Notes: generated from the sequence alone by a model not told the origin. Shown: positions 1 to 11,009, numbered from the stretch's first letter. The stretch is DNA of 64,000 nt from an uncultured Chloroflexia bacterium (GCA_963751345.1 CAVVUS010000001.1:1-64000), one strand, 5' to 3'. Translations and numbers: made by a program.

Positions 1-82
1 AGTTGATCGGCACGCGGTCCGGCTCCTGTCGCGCAAACGCGGTCAGCACGCGCTCCCTCGATGTCATCGTCTGCCTTGTCAT
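1..82 (-). CDS. 5' end of a uroporphyrinogen decarboxylase / methylcobamide methyltransferase-family protein (runs off the window)
   Basis: The minus strand from ATG at 82 reads MTRQTMTSRERVLTAFARQEPDRVPIN, the typical URO-D family N-terminus (MTSRERV...EPDRVP). A GGAGG RBS lies just upstream. Confidence 0.7.
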   Translation of the reverse strand, partial: MTRQTMTSRERVLTAFARQEPDRVPIN

Positions 83-360
83 AGGTCGACCTCCATGCCT
101 CATTGTAGAACAGCGTAGTGGTATCACGGTTTGTCGGGATTGCCAACACCCGCCGAGCCGCCAAGGCCGTGCGGACACCAACACCGTGGGGGCACACGCA
201 TACCCGCAGCGGGATCGGCGAGAGCGGTGACAGTCCGGACGGCGGCGGCCATCGTGACAACGCGCCGTCTTGGGATTGCGTCGTCTCGGAATTGTGCGTG
301 GGAGAAGGGACGCTATACTCATCATTAGCGTCGACCCTCCACAATGAACGAGGTGACACG

Positions 361-1892
361 ATGCATAACCAGTACCGAAGGATAACGGTGCAGGTGCCGA
401 CCGCCCGGCTGATCGGCCTCGGGTTGCTGGTCTTGGTGAGTCTCCTCTTCTCCTGCCGATCAGGGGAACCACCGGACGAAGGGGCCGGCCTGATGGCGCC
501 CGTCGCCACACCTCCCCCTATGGCCACAGCTGCCGACATCGTAGCTACGGACTGCACCTACCACGTCGCCCCGGACGGCAGTGATGATGATCCCGGCTCA
601 GCCGCAGCGCCCTGGGCCACCTTCGAGCACGCCGCCGAGGTCGCGGAAGCCGGCGACACGGTCTGCTTCGCGGGCGGCGACTATACCGGAGACGAGACCC
701 ACCTGACCCGGTCTGGCACACCGGACGCCCCCATCCGCTTCGTCGCCTACCCCGGTGAGTCGCCGGTATTGAGGAGATACGCTCTGATCTTCGACCGCGG
801 CATCTCCGACGTGCGGGTCAGCGGCTTCGCGCTGCGGGACTTCTCGGTGTGGGGCATCACCCTCTCGGGCGACAACCGGAACATTCTCTGGACCACCTGG
901 ACATCGGTGGCGGCGAGGCGGCGATTCACCTGACGTACGGCGAGGGCTCCGAGTCGCTACCGGCGGAAGGCCCGGTCGATCACGTCACGCTGGAGGACGC
1001 GCTCCTCCACGACAGCGAGTACACGGCACTGGACTGCACACCCGGTCCCTGCAACGAGGTGACCATCCGCCGGGTGGAGGTCTTCGGCAGCGGGCTTCGG
1101 GGCGACGACTCGTATGGCGCCGATGGCATCGCCATCACGCGCGGGTACCCGATCCTCGTCGAGGACTGCTTCGTCCACGACAACGGCGGCGATGGCATCG
1201 ACCTAAACTCTCGCGACCGGGAGGGGAACGCGACGGACGTCGTCGTTCGCCGCAACCGCGTGGTCCGGAACCATCAGAACGGGATCAAGCTCTGGGCCGG
1301 GGGACGGATCGAGAACAACCTGATCTGGGGCCAGGGCAACACCGCGGTGTGGTCTGGCTCTTTCCCGAGCACGCTGGAGATCGTCAACAACACGATCGCC
1401 TACAATATGTGGGAAACCTCTTACGGTGAGCGCAACTACGCGATGGCCATAGGTTACCCCGAGGAGATGGAATCCCCTCCCGTGGCGCTAACGCTGGTGA
1501 ACAACATCGTCGCCTTCAATGCCGATCCCTCCGATGGCGGACCGACCGGCGTCTATCTCGGCCCCGGCGTGACCCTGATCCGTGAGAGCAGCAACCTCTT
1601 CCACAGCCAGGCCGACGCCGAAATCGCAGCCGAGTTCGTCACAGGGCGCGACACGGACATCTCACGGGATGAGATCGCCGACGGCACATGGGCCGGCGCC
1701 ACCGGTCAGGGGCAGGGCGACCTCGTCGCGGATCCACGCTTCATTGCGGGCTGGCCACAGGCTGACCTGCATCTGCTGCCGGACAGTCCCGCCCTCGGAG
1801 CTGCACCCCCTGACGTCGCCCCGCCCGACGACCTCGACGGTCGCCCGCGCAGCGGCCCGGTCGACCTCGGGGCGTACGAAAGCGGGAACTAG
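361..1892 (+). CDS. Secreted lipoprotein with DUF1565/right-handed parallel beta-helix repeats (polysaccharide lyase-like fold); frameshift near 886
   Basis: Lipobox-like LLFSC after a hydrophobic stretch; YHVAPDGSDDDPGSAAAPWATF motif; beta-helix repeats (VHDNGGDGIDL, RNHQNGIKLW, NNTIAYN); C-terminal DLDGRPR..DLGAYE. ORFs 118..933 and 849..1892 join across one indel. Confidence 0.75.
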
Positions 1893-1895
1893 ACC

Positions 1896-2750
1896 CTACG
1901 CCGAGACCGGCGGCGCCAGCAGCCGCTGCACGTTGCCGCCCAGGATCAGCGTCTTCTCCTCGTCGGGCACAAAGTCGCAGTGCTCGCGGAAAGCGTCTAG
2001 CGCCTGCAGGTAGGTCATGTGCAGCCTGGCGACAGGGTAGTCCGATCCCCAACACAGGCGCTGCGCGCCGTAGCGGTCGTAGAGCGCACGGACGAGCCAG
2101 TGCGCCGCGGCGAAGGGGTACTCGTCGCTCCCCCCAGTCGCGTAGTAGAAGCCGGACAGCTTGAGATATACGTTCGGGCAGCGCGCCGACACCAGGATCT
2201 CGCTTAAGTCCTCGTAGGGGGGGGCTTCGTCAGCCGTGGGATGCCCGAGATGGTGGCATAGCACGGGCACAGTCGGGAACCGCTCTGCGACCGCCCGGAT
2301 CGCCTTCTGCTGGTGCGGGTAGCAACTCAGGCTCGCAAACAAGCCTAGATCCGCAGCCGCCGTAAAGAGCGCAACCCCATCCTCCGACCCGAGCCAGGCA
2401 CCATCGTCATCGTGTGCCAGGTAGTGCGTGAAGCCCTTGATCGGCCAGCGCTCGGCCATCTCCCGCAGCCGCGCGCCGGCGCCAGGTGTATGGTAGGTCG
2501 TCGACCACGCACTATCGAGATCCGCAACCTGGTGGAGACGTTCGGGATAGGCGGCGACGCGATCGGCGACGTAGGCATTGTTGTCAGGATTATGGTCGAT
2601 CTGCGCACAGACGACCACCGCCTGATCGATGCCGTGTGCGTCCATCTCGTGGAGCAACTGCTCAACTCGGCCGCGATGCTCCGGATCGGGCACGTCCGGC
2701 GCGTACGGCCAGTAGGACCACGCGTGGCAGTGACTATCGATAATCGGCAT
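1896..2750 (-). CDS. Amidohydrolase_2 family metallohydrolase (sugar-lactonase-like)
   Basis: IIDSHCH (HxH), LCHHLGHP, VYLKLSG and WGSDYP motifs. Confidence 0.85.
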   Translation of the reverse strand: MPIIDSHCHAWSYWPYAPDVPDPEHRGRVEQLLHEMDAHGIDQAVVVCAQIDHNPDNNAYVADRVAAYPERLHQVADLDSAWSTTYHTPGAGARLREMAERWPIKGFTHYLAHDDDGAWLGSEDGVALFTAAADLGLFASLSCYPHQQKAIRAVAERFPTVPVLCHHLGHPTADEAPPYEDLSEILVSARCPNVYLKLSGFYYATGGSDEYPFAAAHWLVRALYDRYGAQRLCWGSDYPVARLHMTYLQALDAFREHCDFVPDEEKTLILGGNVQRLLAPPVSA

Positions 2751-2770
2751 AATGAGGCTCCTTCGGAAGC

Positions 2771-2895
2771 AGACAGCTATCAGCTTTCAGCGGGAGTAAG
2801 GAGTAGGAAGTAGGCTGCGAAATTTACTCCTTACTCCGTACTCCCTACTTCCGCCTCTCGCTGACCGCTGAAAGCTAACAGCTGACCGCTCAGCT
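2771..2895. repeat. Nested inverted arrays of degenerate heptamer repeats (CAGCTNT / GGAGTAR and their complements)
   Basis: cagctat-cagcttt-cagc...ggagtaa-ggagtag-gaagtag, followed by ttactcc-ttactcc-gtactcc-ctacttc...gctgacc-gctgaaa-gctaaca-gctgacc. Confidence 0.7.
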
Positions 2896-4047
2896 GTACG
2901 GCTCGATCCACTCCTCGCGGATCTCCAGCCCGAAGCCGGGTGCGTCATTGGGCACGAGCCAGCCGTCTTTGGCGATGGCCTGCCCGGGCAGGCGCGCGGC
3001 CTCCTCCAGCGGCACGCCGGGCGGCGAGGCGACGAAATACTCACCCCACGGCGAGGAAGGCGTGGCAAAGGTGAAGTGCTGGCCGAAGGGCGTGACGGCC
3101 CCGCCGTGCAGGATCACGTGGATGCCGCCCGCGTCGGCCGCCGCCGCGATCCGGCGGACGGTCGTCATGCCGCCGCACCAGTTGATGTCGGGCTGCAGGA
3201 TGTCGACGACGTGGTGGTTGATCGCCCACTGGAAGGGAACGTGGCTGTACCAGTGCTCGCCGGTCGCCAGGGTCTGCCAGGGCAGGCGCTCTCGCAGCGC
3301 GACGTGGGCGTCGAAGTCCTCCGGGATCAGGCACTCCTCCATCCACTTGAGCCGGTAGGGGCGCAAGACCTCGGCAAGGCGGACGGTGTACTCGACGTCG
3401 AAGGCCATCCAGCAGTCGAGCATCAGCTCGGCCTCGTCGCCGATGATCTCGCGCGCCTTCGCCACGAAGGCCTCGTTGCGCCGAATGCCGTCCCACCCGT
3501 CCGCGGGCCCATACGGGCACGCCAGCTTGAATCCCCTGAACCCCAACTCCTTGTACCAGTCCACGTCGTTGCCCGTCGCGTAGCAGAAGATGCGATCCTT
3601 CTGCGGGCCGCCGAGCAGGCCGTACACGGGCTGCTCCAGCAGCTTGCCCTTGAGATCCCACAAGGCCAGATCGATGCCGCTGATCGCGTACGAAGCCAGG
3701 CCCGTCGTTCCATAGGGCTTGGTCATCCGGAACATCAGGTCCGCGTGGAAGTCGGTCGCCAGGCAGTCCTCGCCCACCATCTGCGACGCGAGGTGCTCGA
3801 CGACGGGCGTTAACGCCCTGGCATAGGAGAGCGTGCCGAGACCCCAAGTGCCATCCTCGGCCGTCACTTTGACCCAGGCCCCCTCCCAACGAGGTAGCCA
3901 CAGACTGCGGTGCGCCTTCACCTTCGCATACCGCGACATCGGGTTGGCCACCTCGGCCTCCGTGTTCCACGAAGGGCGCCGGGGCGGCGTCTTGGCCTCG
4001 TGGCGAGGGAGATTGACGCGTACGACGCTGATATCGGTGATCTTCAT
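2890..4047 (-). CDS. rhmD: L-rhamnonate dehydratase-like enolase-superfamily protein
   Basis: VANPMSRY motif, AISGIDLALWDLKGK, GFKLACPYGP, LMLDCWM, KWMEE, ATGEH, LQPDINWCGG, all characteristic of the RhmD subgroup. ATG at 4047 with AGGAGG RBS. Confidence 0.75.
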   Translation of the reverse strand: MKITDISVVRVNLPRHEAKTPPRRPSWNTEAEVANPMSRYAKVKAHRSLWLPRWEGAWVKVTAEDGTWGLGTLSYARALTPVVEHLASQMVGEDCLATDFHADLMFRMTKPYGTTGLASYAISGIDLALWDLKGKLLEQPVYGLLGGPQKDRIFCYATGNDVDWYKELGFRGFKLACPYGPADGWDGIRRNEAFVAKAREIIGDEAELMLDCWMAFDVEYTVRLAEVLRPYRLKWMEECLIPEDFDAHVALRERLPWQTLATGEHWYSHVPFQWAINHHVVDILQPDINWCGGMTTVRRIAAAADAGGIHVILHGGAVTPFGQHFTFATPSSPWGEYFVASPPGVPLEEAARLPGQAIAKDGWLVPNDAPGFGLEIREEWIEPYS

Positions 4048-4293
4048 GACGCATCCTCCTTGTAGGTGGATCACCATTCTCGTCCAGAAATGGGAACTTG
4101 CGCAACTCCACACTTCCTGGAACCCAGGCGGATCGACGGCTCGTTGCCGCGCCTGGAAAGATCGCGTCAATAGAGGTGCATCGCGTAGCACTTGCCAGGC
4201 TCGCATTGCCTCGAAGCTCAAGTCCGCGATTCCAGATGAGCGGGTATACTAAACGTATCGCAATCCGTCGCAACGGGCGAAGAGGAGACACAT

Positions 4294-4950
4294 ATGGACG
4301 AGAGGATTCGCGTCGTCCTGGCCGATGACCACGTCCTCGTACGCGAGGGCATCCGGCAGTTCCTTGAGGAAACAGATGACATCCAGGTCATCGGCGAGGC
4401 GGGCAACGGTGCAGAGGTGCTACAGCTGGTTGAGGAAACCAGCCCGGACGTGGCCGTGCTGGACATCCAGATGCCCGAGGTCACCGGGATCGAGGCGACC
4501 CGCCGCATCAAGCAGCACTTTCCCGACGTCCAGGTGTTGATCTTGACGGCCCACGACGATGATCCCTACATCCGTGCGCTTCTGCGTGCCGGGGCAGACG
4601 GCTACGTCCTCAAGACAGCCACGTCCGAGGAGTTGGTCAAAGCCGTGCGAGACGTCCACCATGGCCTCACCGCTCTGAGCCCGGCGGTGGCCACGGCGGT
4701 GGTGCGGCAGATGAGTCACGAGGCCCCACCGGGCGCCGCAGACCAGGTGGAGACGCTAACCGAGCGTGAGATCGACGTGCTGCGGCTGGCGGCCCAGGGC
4801 ATGACCAACCGTGAAATCGGCCAGGAGCTGGGAATTAGCCACCGCACGGTCCAGGGCCATCTGGCGAATGTCTACGAGAAGCTGAACGTCAGCAGCCGTA
4901 CCGAGGCCGTTACCGAGGCGCTCAAGCGCGGCTGGATTACCATCGAGTAG
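4294..4950 (+). CDS. NarL/LuxR-family DNA-binding response regulator
   Basis: LADDH...LDIQMP...YVLK receiver domain; LTEREIDVLRLAAQGMTNREIG..TVQGH HTH. Confidence 0.93.
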   Translation: MDERIRVVLADDHVLVREGIRQFLEETDDIQVIGEAGNGAEVLQLVEETSPDVAVLDIQMPEVTGIEATRRIKQHFPDVQVLILTAHDDDPYIRALLRAGADGYVLKTATSEELVKAVRDVHHGLTALSPAVATAVVRQMSHEAPPGAADQVETLTEREIDVLRLAAQGMTNREIGQELGISHRTVQGHLANVYEKLNVSSRTEAVTEALKRGWITIE

Positions 4951-6363
4951 TGCTCGCGATGACGAAGCTCTCACGCTGGGTGCGCTCACTGCAGGCGCAG
5001 TTGATCCTTTGGGCGATACTGCCGGTCACGCTCGTGATCATTGGCCTGGCCTTTACGGGTGTCTACTCACACCAGAAGGTGATGCAAGACTTCGTCATCG
5101 AGCGCGACATGCTGACGGCAAGGCTGATCGCCCTGCGCCTGGAGGATGCCCTCTCACGCGGCGACCTTTCTCCAGGAGGCGAGGACCTTGCAGCGTGGCT
5201 ACCGATCACCGCTGATGAGCTGCCGGGGGCCGTATGGATCGTGGATCGCGATGGCCGCCTCATCGCGAACAGCGATGGGCCGTATCGGCAGCTCGGTGGT
5301 GGGCACACCCGGCGTGGCGGAGGCCCTCCGGCAGCCGGAGGGTGCTGTCATCGTTCCCAACTCGCCGTCAGGCCCCCTCGTCGTCACGTACGCCGCCGTT
5401 CGGGGCGCCGAGTGGCACGTCATCATCCGGGAGCCCGCACAAGACCTTATCGGACCTATCCTCCGATTCTCCAGCCTTGGACCTATCGCAGCCGCTATCG
5501 CAGCAGGCCTCTCTGTCCTCATCCTCACCTTCGGCTGGCGGACCATTGTCAGGCCCCTGCAGCGCCTTTCCAAGGCCGCCAGCCAGGTATCGTGGGGAAA
5601 CCACGCACTCATCGGCGAGGATCCCGGGGGCGTGGCCGAGATCGGGGAACTCCACCGCACGCTGTCGGAGATGGTCCGGCGCCTGGAAGGCTATCAGGCC
5701 GGTGTGCTCGACTATCTGGATGCGGTCACGAAGGGGCAGGAAGAGGAACGGGCGCGACTGGCCCGCGACCTCCACGACGGGCCGGTCCAGAGCTTGATCG
5801 CGCTCAACCAGCGTATCGAGATGGCGCGCCACCGGATCGAGCGAAACGACGTCATCGGTGCGGAATCGCTACTGGGTACGCTGCGGGAGGCCGAGGTCGG
5901 CGTGATTGACGACCTGCGGCGCACCATCAGCGCACTCCGCCCGGCTTACCTAGAGGATCTCGGCTTCGTGCCGGCCCTGGAAATGCTGGTGGAGGCCGCA
6001 GATGCACGCAGCGATAGCCAGGTGAGGCTTGAGGTGGGGCCCGAACCTCGCCGACTCCCACCCGAGACAGAGCTCGCGGCCTACAGGATCACCCAGGAAG
6101 CCCTAAGCAATGCGCTTCAGCACGCTTCCGCGAGCAGCATTACGGTCAGGGTCACGTGGTCTGAGCAAGGGCTGTCGCTGGTGATCGATGATGACGGCGT
6201 TGGCTTTCAGCCCGCCGCACGCCTCGATGCGTACACCCGTGGGGGACACTTCGGTCTTGTCGGGCTGCAAGAACGCGTCAGGCAGCTCGGCGGCACACTC
6301 GAGATCCGGTCCGCCCCCGGCGTAGGCACCACCCTCTCGGTACAACTGCCCGACGTCCACTGA
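4950..6363 (+). CDS. Membrane sensor histidine kinase (HAMP + HisKA_3 + HATPase); frameshift near 5278
   Basis: Two TM segments, HAMP, EERARLARDLHDGPVQSL, QEALSNALQHA, DDGVGF, GHFGLVGLQERV. ORFs 4950..5909 and 5146..6363 join across an indel. Confidence 0.88.
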
Positions 6364-6531
6364 ACTTTCGCAAGGTTTCGGAAATCTCGCGAACGCTCAA
6401 GTGTCATGTCACCCCGCCGAATGGCGGTGCCTTCCCCAGACCGTTCAGCCCTGACCCGGCACCCATACCCCGGATATAGTTGGGACAAAGATCAAATCCC
6501 GTTGGCCTGAGGAAACGTTGGGGAGCGTGCT

Positions 6532-7308
6532 ATGAAGTCAGCTATTTGGTTTGGTGTGGGGGTACTGGTGACGATAGCCCTCGTGGGCGCCGTCCTGGTG
6601 GGCGGATGGGCGCTGTGGCGCGGACGCGGTTGGGCGATGCCGGTGCTCGGCAGCCAAGGCATGATGGGCACCGCAGGAATCCAGGACACGTGCGGCGGCG
6701 GTCCGGCCGGCATGGAACCTGGGGGAACGTGGGGCGAGACACCGGGGACCGCGGCAACAGTGTGCCCCACCGATGGCACCGACGGGGCACCGTCGACGCA
6801 CAACTTCACCCTCGCGCAGGCCCAGACCGCGTTCGACGACTATCTGGTGGGCATTGGGTACGGCAGCCTCCGCATCGTGGAGGTAATGGAGTTCGATCAG
6901 AACTTCTACGCGATCGCCCAAGAGCCGGATACCCATATTGGCGCCATGGAGTTGCTCCTCGATAAATCGAGCGGTGTCGTGAGCCCGGAAATCGGGCCGG
7001 ACATGATGTGGAACGCCAAGTACGGGATGCACGGTCCCGGCGGCATGATGGGCGTCGCACAACAGGGCGAGAACACGATCTCGGCGGCCGATGCATTGAC
7101 CATCGCCCAGCAGTGGCTAGACGCGCACCACCCAGGTGAGACCGTCGAGGACGCCGATCCGTTCTACGGCTACTACACGATCCACACCGAGAGCGGCGGC
7201 GAGATCGCCGGGATGCTGAGCGTCCATGGCACCACGGGCCAGGTCTGGTACCACACCTGGCACGGCGCCTTCATCCAAATGACGGAAGAGCCGGCGTCGG
7301 CGAACTGA
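6532..7308 (+). CDS. Membrane-anchored, Met/Gly/His-rich conserved protein with two PepSY-like domains
   Basis: N-terminal TM helix; GMMG repeats; EVMEFDQNFY..GAMELL..GPDMMWNAKYG and FYGYYTIH..GMLSVHGTTGQVWYHTWHG motifs. Confidence 0.65.
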   Translation: MKSAIWFGVGVLVTIALVGAVLVGGWALWRGRGWAMPVLGSQGMMGTAGIQDTCGGGPAGMEPGGTWGETPGTAATVCPTDGTDGAPSTHNFTLAQAQTAFDDYLVGIGYGSLRIVEVMEFDQNFYAIAQEPDTHIGAMELLLDKSSGVVSPEIGPDMMWNAKYGMHGPGGMMGVAQQGENTISAADALTIAQQWLDAHHPGETVEDADPFYGYYTIHTESGGEIAGMLSVHGTTGQVWYHTWHGAFIQMTEEPASAN

Positions 7309-7380
7309 GCAGAATCGATGGTGACCGGGGATCCTGTCGTGCAGATGCCTCTACAGGGAAACCCCGGCTCTTCAGACGCA

Positions 7381-8274
7381 TCAGGCCGAACAGACGGGTC
7401 CAAGGGTCAGGATGCTCTCCACGAGCTCCTGACGATTGCGCTCGACACACGGCATCCACCGGGTCAGCAGAAGACCTGAACCCCCAGCCCGTTTCACAGC
7501 CTCGCGCATCTCTGCGACCAGGGCTGCATCGCGTCCCGGCGCGCCCCAGACCTCGAAGCCTGCCATACGAATCCGTCTGAGGGTCTCCGCCGGTGCTCCG
7601 CCGTAGTCCCAGACGACGTGCACAATGTCCTTCGGGACGATGGCTTCAGCCACAAGCGACTTGTCCCGATGAATTGCCCCTCTTGGGTACAGGGACGCAG
7701 AATCGTTCCAGATCACGGTGCGCAGGCCGCGCGTCGCCAACCCGGCGTGAAGCCTGTTGATCGCGGATACGTACTGGCCGTTGCTGCGCCAGTGATCCTC
7801 ATCCATCCCAACGTGGAAGAACCTCGCCGGATGCATGACCCCGATCAACTCGTCGATGACCTCGAACGCCAGCTCCCAGTAGCGGTCGCTGTCGAAAAGA
7901 TCGTTGTGCGGGCGGAACCAGTCGTTGTGGTGATGCAGCCCACTCTGGGCAAAGTTGAGCTTAGGGACCACCTCCAGCCCGTGGCTGTCGGCCCGGGTTA
8001 CGAGCTCGACCAGCGCCTCCATCGGCACGCTGTAGGGACGGGCGAGCTCGGGATGCGAAGCATAGCGCACGCCATCAGCGCAGTCAACCACCAGCAGGTT
8101 CATCCCGGTCTGCGCCATCGCATCAACCAGATCCAGTCCCAGAGCCAGATCAAACGGTTGTTCGTGCTCCTTCGCCTTCCACCAGCGTGGATCGTAATGC
8201 GTGATGTGCAGCAGATAGCCTCGGACCGGCAACACACCGCCAGAGGAACTCTCACGATTCGTCATCTCGTACAC
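7381..8274 (-). CDS. GH20-like (beta-N-acetylhexosaminidase) catalytic-barrel protein
   Basis: GVRYASHPEL, GLEVVPKLN, FFHVGMDED (adjacent Asp-Glu catalytic pair), TVIWND, VVWDY. Confidence 0.6.
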   Translation of the reverse strand: MYEMTNRESSSGGVLPVRGYLLHITHYDPRWWKAKEHEQPFDLALGLDLVDAMAQTGMNLLVVDCADGVRYASHPELARPYSVPMEALVELVTRADSHGLEVVPKLNFAQSGLHHHNDWFRPHNDLFDSDRYWELAFEVIDELIGVMHPARFFHVGMDEDHWRSNGQYVSAINRLHAGLATRGLRTVIWNDSASLYPRGAIHRDKSLVAEAIVPKDIVHVVWDYGGAPAETLRRIRMAGFEVWGAPGRDAALVAEMREAVKRAGGSGLLLTRWMPCVERNRQELVESILTLGPVCSA

Positions 8275-8487
8275 CTCCTTATGCCCTTACTCAGTTCTGC
8301 ACGATCCTCCAGTTATAGGGCGACTTGCCGATTATGTGAAACACACCTTGAGCAGGGACAAGCCCTGCACCTACGCCCGCGCACCGCTGACACTGTAGGA
8401 GTAGCTTCCGAGTTGACGGATGGCGGGAACGGTCCTATGGTGAGGTCATCGTTTCCTGAAGCGAGCACATTACCTGGAGGCAATCTC

Positions 8488-9678
8488 ATGAAGATCACCG
8501 ATCTGAAGTGTGCCATCATCGGCCAAAACCCCGTCGTGCGCATCGTGACCGATGACGGCATCGATGGCTACGGCGAGGCCGAGAACTCCAAGCCCTACCT
8601 GAAGCCACACGTGCTGTTCTACAAGCAGTATCTGCTGGATGAGGACCCCACCGACGTCGCGCACGCGGTACAGAAGATTCGGCGGATGGGTAGCTACAAG
8701 CCTTGGGGAAGCGCGGTCAGTGCCATCGAGATGGCACTCTGGGATATCGCCGGCAAGGCCGCGGGGCTCCCCGTCTACAAGCTCTTGGGCGGCAAGGTGC
8801 GCGACAAGGTCCGCTGCTACAACGGCGGGATCCGGTTCAGAATGGACGGCTACTCGCCCGACGACTACGCCGACAACATGCAGAAGATGAAGGATGCCAA
8901 GGAGCACTTCGGCTATATCAAGCAGGGCGTCGGTTTTCACAGCCGAATGCCCTATGAGGTCCCAGACTTCTTCTACGGCACGCTGGAGCACGGCGCGCCG
9001 CATGCGAACCGCGGGCTGCTAACCGAGAAGGGGCTCAACCACGTCATCGCCTGCGTCGAGGCGATGAAGGACGTCCTCGGTGACGAGGTCGGTCTGGCGC
9101 TGGACTGCGGCCCTGGCTGGACGCTGCCCGACGCGATCCGGCTGGCAAAGGCCCTCGAATCCATGCACATCATGTGGCTGGAAGACACCATCGCCGGCGA
9201 CTATACACCCTACACGATGGCGGATACGTACCGTGAGCTGACCATGAGCACGTCGACACCGATTCACACGGGCGAGCAGATCTACCTCCGCGAGAACTTC
9301 CGCGAGCTGATCGAGACGCACGCCGTCAACGTCATCGGGCCCGATCCCGCTGACATCGGTGGCATCGCGGAGCTCAAGTGGGTCGCGGAGTACGCCGATC
9401 TTCACGGAATCCTGATGGCCCCGCACGGCGTCTTCGACGGTCTGATCGGGCTCGCGGCCCACGTGCAGGTCGCAGCGACACTCCCACCCAACTTCGTGGG
9501 ATTCGAGTACCCCGTGGGCCGACCGGACTGGTGGTACGACATCATCGAGGGACTGCCCGATCCTATCGTCAAGGACAGCTTGATCGACGTGTGGGATACC
9601 CCCGGCCTGGGGGTCACCTTCAACGTAGACAAGGCGCTCCAGTACCTGAACGAGGAAGACAAGGGCTTCTTCGACTAA
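8488..9678 (+). CDS. Mandelate racemase/muconate lactonizing enzyme family protein
   Basis: MKITDLK start after GGAGG; SAIEMALWDIAGKAAGLPVYKLLGG; ALDCG, WLED, HTGEQ metal ligands. Confidence 0.9.
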   Translation: MKITDLKCAIIGQNPVVRIVTDDGIDGYGEAENSKPYLKPHVLFYKQYLLDEDPTDVAHAVQKIRRMGSYKPWGSAVSAIEMALWDIAGKAAGLPVYKLLGGKVRDKVRCYNGGIRFRMDGYSPDDYADNMQKMKDAKEHFGYIKQGVGFHSRMPYEVPDFFYGTLEHGAPHANRGLLTEKGLNHVIACVEAMKDVLGDEVGLALDCGPGWTLPDAIRLAKALESMHIMWLEDTIAGDYTPYTMADTYRELTMSTSTPIHTGEQIYLRENFRELIETHAVNVIGPDPADIGGIAELKWVAEYADLHGILMAPHGVFDGLIGLAAHVQVAATLPPNFVGFEYPVGRPDWWYDIIEGLPDPIVKDSLIDVWDTPGLGVTFNVDKALQYLNEEDKGFFD

Positions 9679-9690
9679 GGGGGGAACCAG

Positions 9691-10835
9691 ATGAAGGTCA
9701 TACGCGTCGACGTCATCCAACGCAAAGAGCCGGTACCGCTGCCCTCGCCGTGGCGTGCCGCGTGGCGTGAGCCATCCGGATCACCTGCCACAAGCTTCAA
9801 GTTCGCCATCTACCGGGTGACTACCGACGAAGGCATCGTCGGCATCGCGCCCTACACCGGGGCAAGCCCCACGCTCGCTCTGGGTGTCGATCCCTTCATG
9901 GTCGGTGACTTCTGGGCGCGCCACATGAGCGGGGTTCGCTCCGACACCTCGGGCAAGGGTGCCTCGGGGCTGGAGATCGCCCTATGGGATATCGTCGGCA
10001 AGGCCACGGACCAGCCGGTGGCCAGCTACTGGGCGCCCGCACCGACCGGCTGCTGGTCTACGCTGCCACGAGCAGGATCCTCGAGATCGACGAGCACGTG
10101 CGCCAGGTCAAGGAGCTTCAGGCTGCAGGCTTCAAAGCTGTCAAGCTGCGCCTTCACCGGCCCGACCCGTGGGAGGATCTTGCCGCGGTGGAGGCAGTAC
10201 GTGAGGCAGTGGGCGAAGACCTCCTGCTCTTGGTCGACGCCAATCAGAACAACGCGTCGGAGGGCTACCACTACTGGTCGCGCCGGACCGCGCTCCAGAT
10301 CGCGCGGGAGCTGGATGCCCTCGACGTCTACTACCTGGAGGAGCCCCTCCCCCGCCCCGACATCGAGGGCCTCGCCGAGATCGCAGCGACCGTCGATATG
10401 TTCGTCGCAGGCGGCGAGCACACACCCACGGTCTACGACTGGCGCGAGCACCTCGTGAAGGGCGCCTACGACATCATCCAGCCCGACCTGGTGATGGGAG
10501 GCAACTGCGGGATCACCGGCGCGCGCAAGGCGGCGGAGTTCGCCGACTTCTTCGGGCGGCTGGTCATCCCCCACGTGCTACTCTCGGGAGCCAACTTCCC
10601 GCTCTGTCTGGCGCCGACACTCCACGCGATGGCAACGGTCGACAACTGCCCGATGGTCGAGTTCCCCTACGACCCGCCGATCCTGACTGAGGCAACGACG
10701 CAGAGCCTGATCACGTCGCCCTTCCGAATCGACGCAGACGGCTGCATCGCTGTCCCGACCACGCCGGGGCTGGGCGTCGAGCTTGACGAGGCCGCCCTCG
10801 GCGAGGTAGAGGTCATCGCGTCGGCGGAGGCGTAG
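9691..10835 (+). CDS. Mandelate racemase/MLE family protein; frameshift near 10027
   Basis: SGLEIALWDIVGKA, then FKAVKLR (KxK), LVDAN, YLEEP, AGGEH, IIQPD in the second frame. Confidence 0.85.
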
Positions 10836-10847
10836 AGGCCCACAAAT

Positions 10848-10982
10848 AGTGCCGGGGAGCCTTGGCGCCGTCCGCGGCGCGAGGTCCCCGGCACTTGATG
10901 ACGAGGCATGTGCTCTGACGGGTTCCTGACCCCGCATAGAGCACGACCAGGCAGACTCACGGCAGGGACTTCATCCCCGTGC
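10848..10982. terminator. Cluster of GC-rich hairpins between convergent genes
   Basis: agtgccgggga...tccccggcact; gtgctct...agagcac; cacgg...ccgtg. Confidence 0.5.
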
Positions 10983-11009
10983 GGGCCTCTCACGTGACCT
11001 GCTGACGTC

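Noticed and set aside
2771-2895. CRISPR array
   Set aside because: The repeats are 7-mers with no unique spacers, and no cas genes are present.
7618-8487. Apparent 290-aa N-terminal extension of the enolase (686-aa ORF)
   Set aside because: It overlaps the GH20-like gene on the opposite strand; the real start is the ATG at 8488 with a GGAGG RBS.
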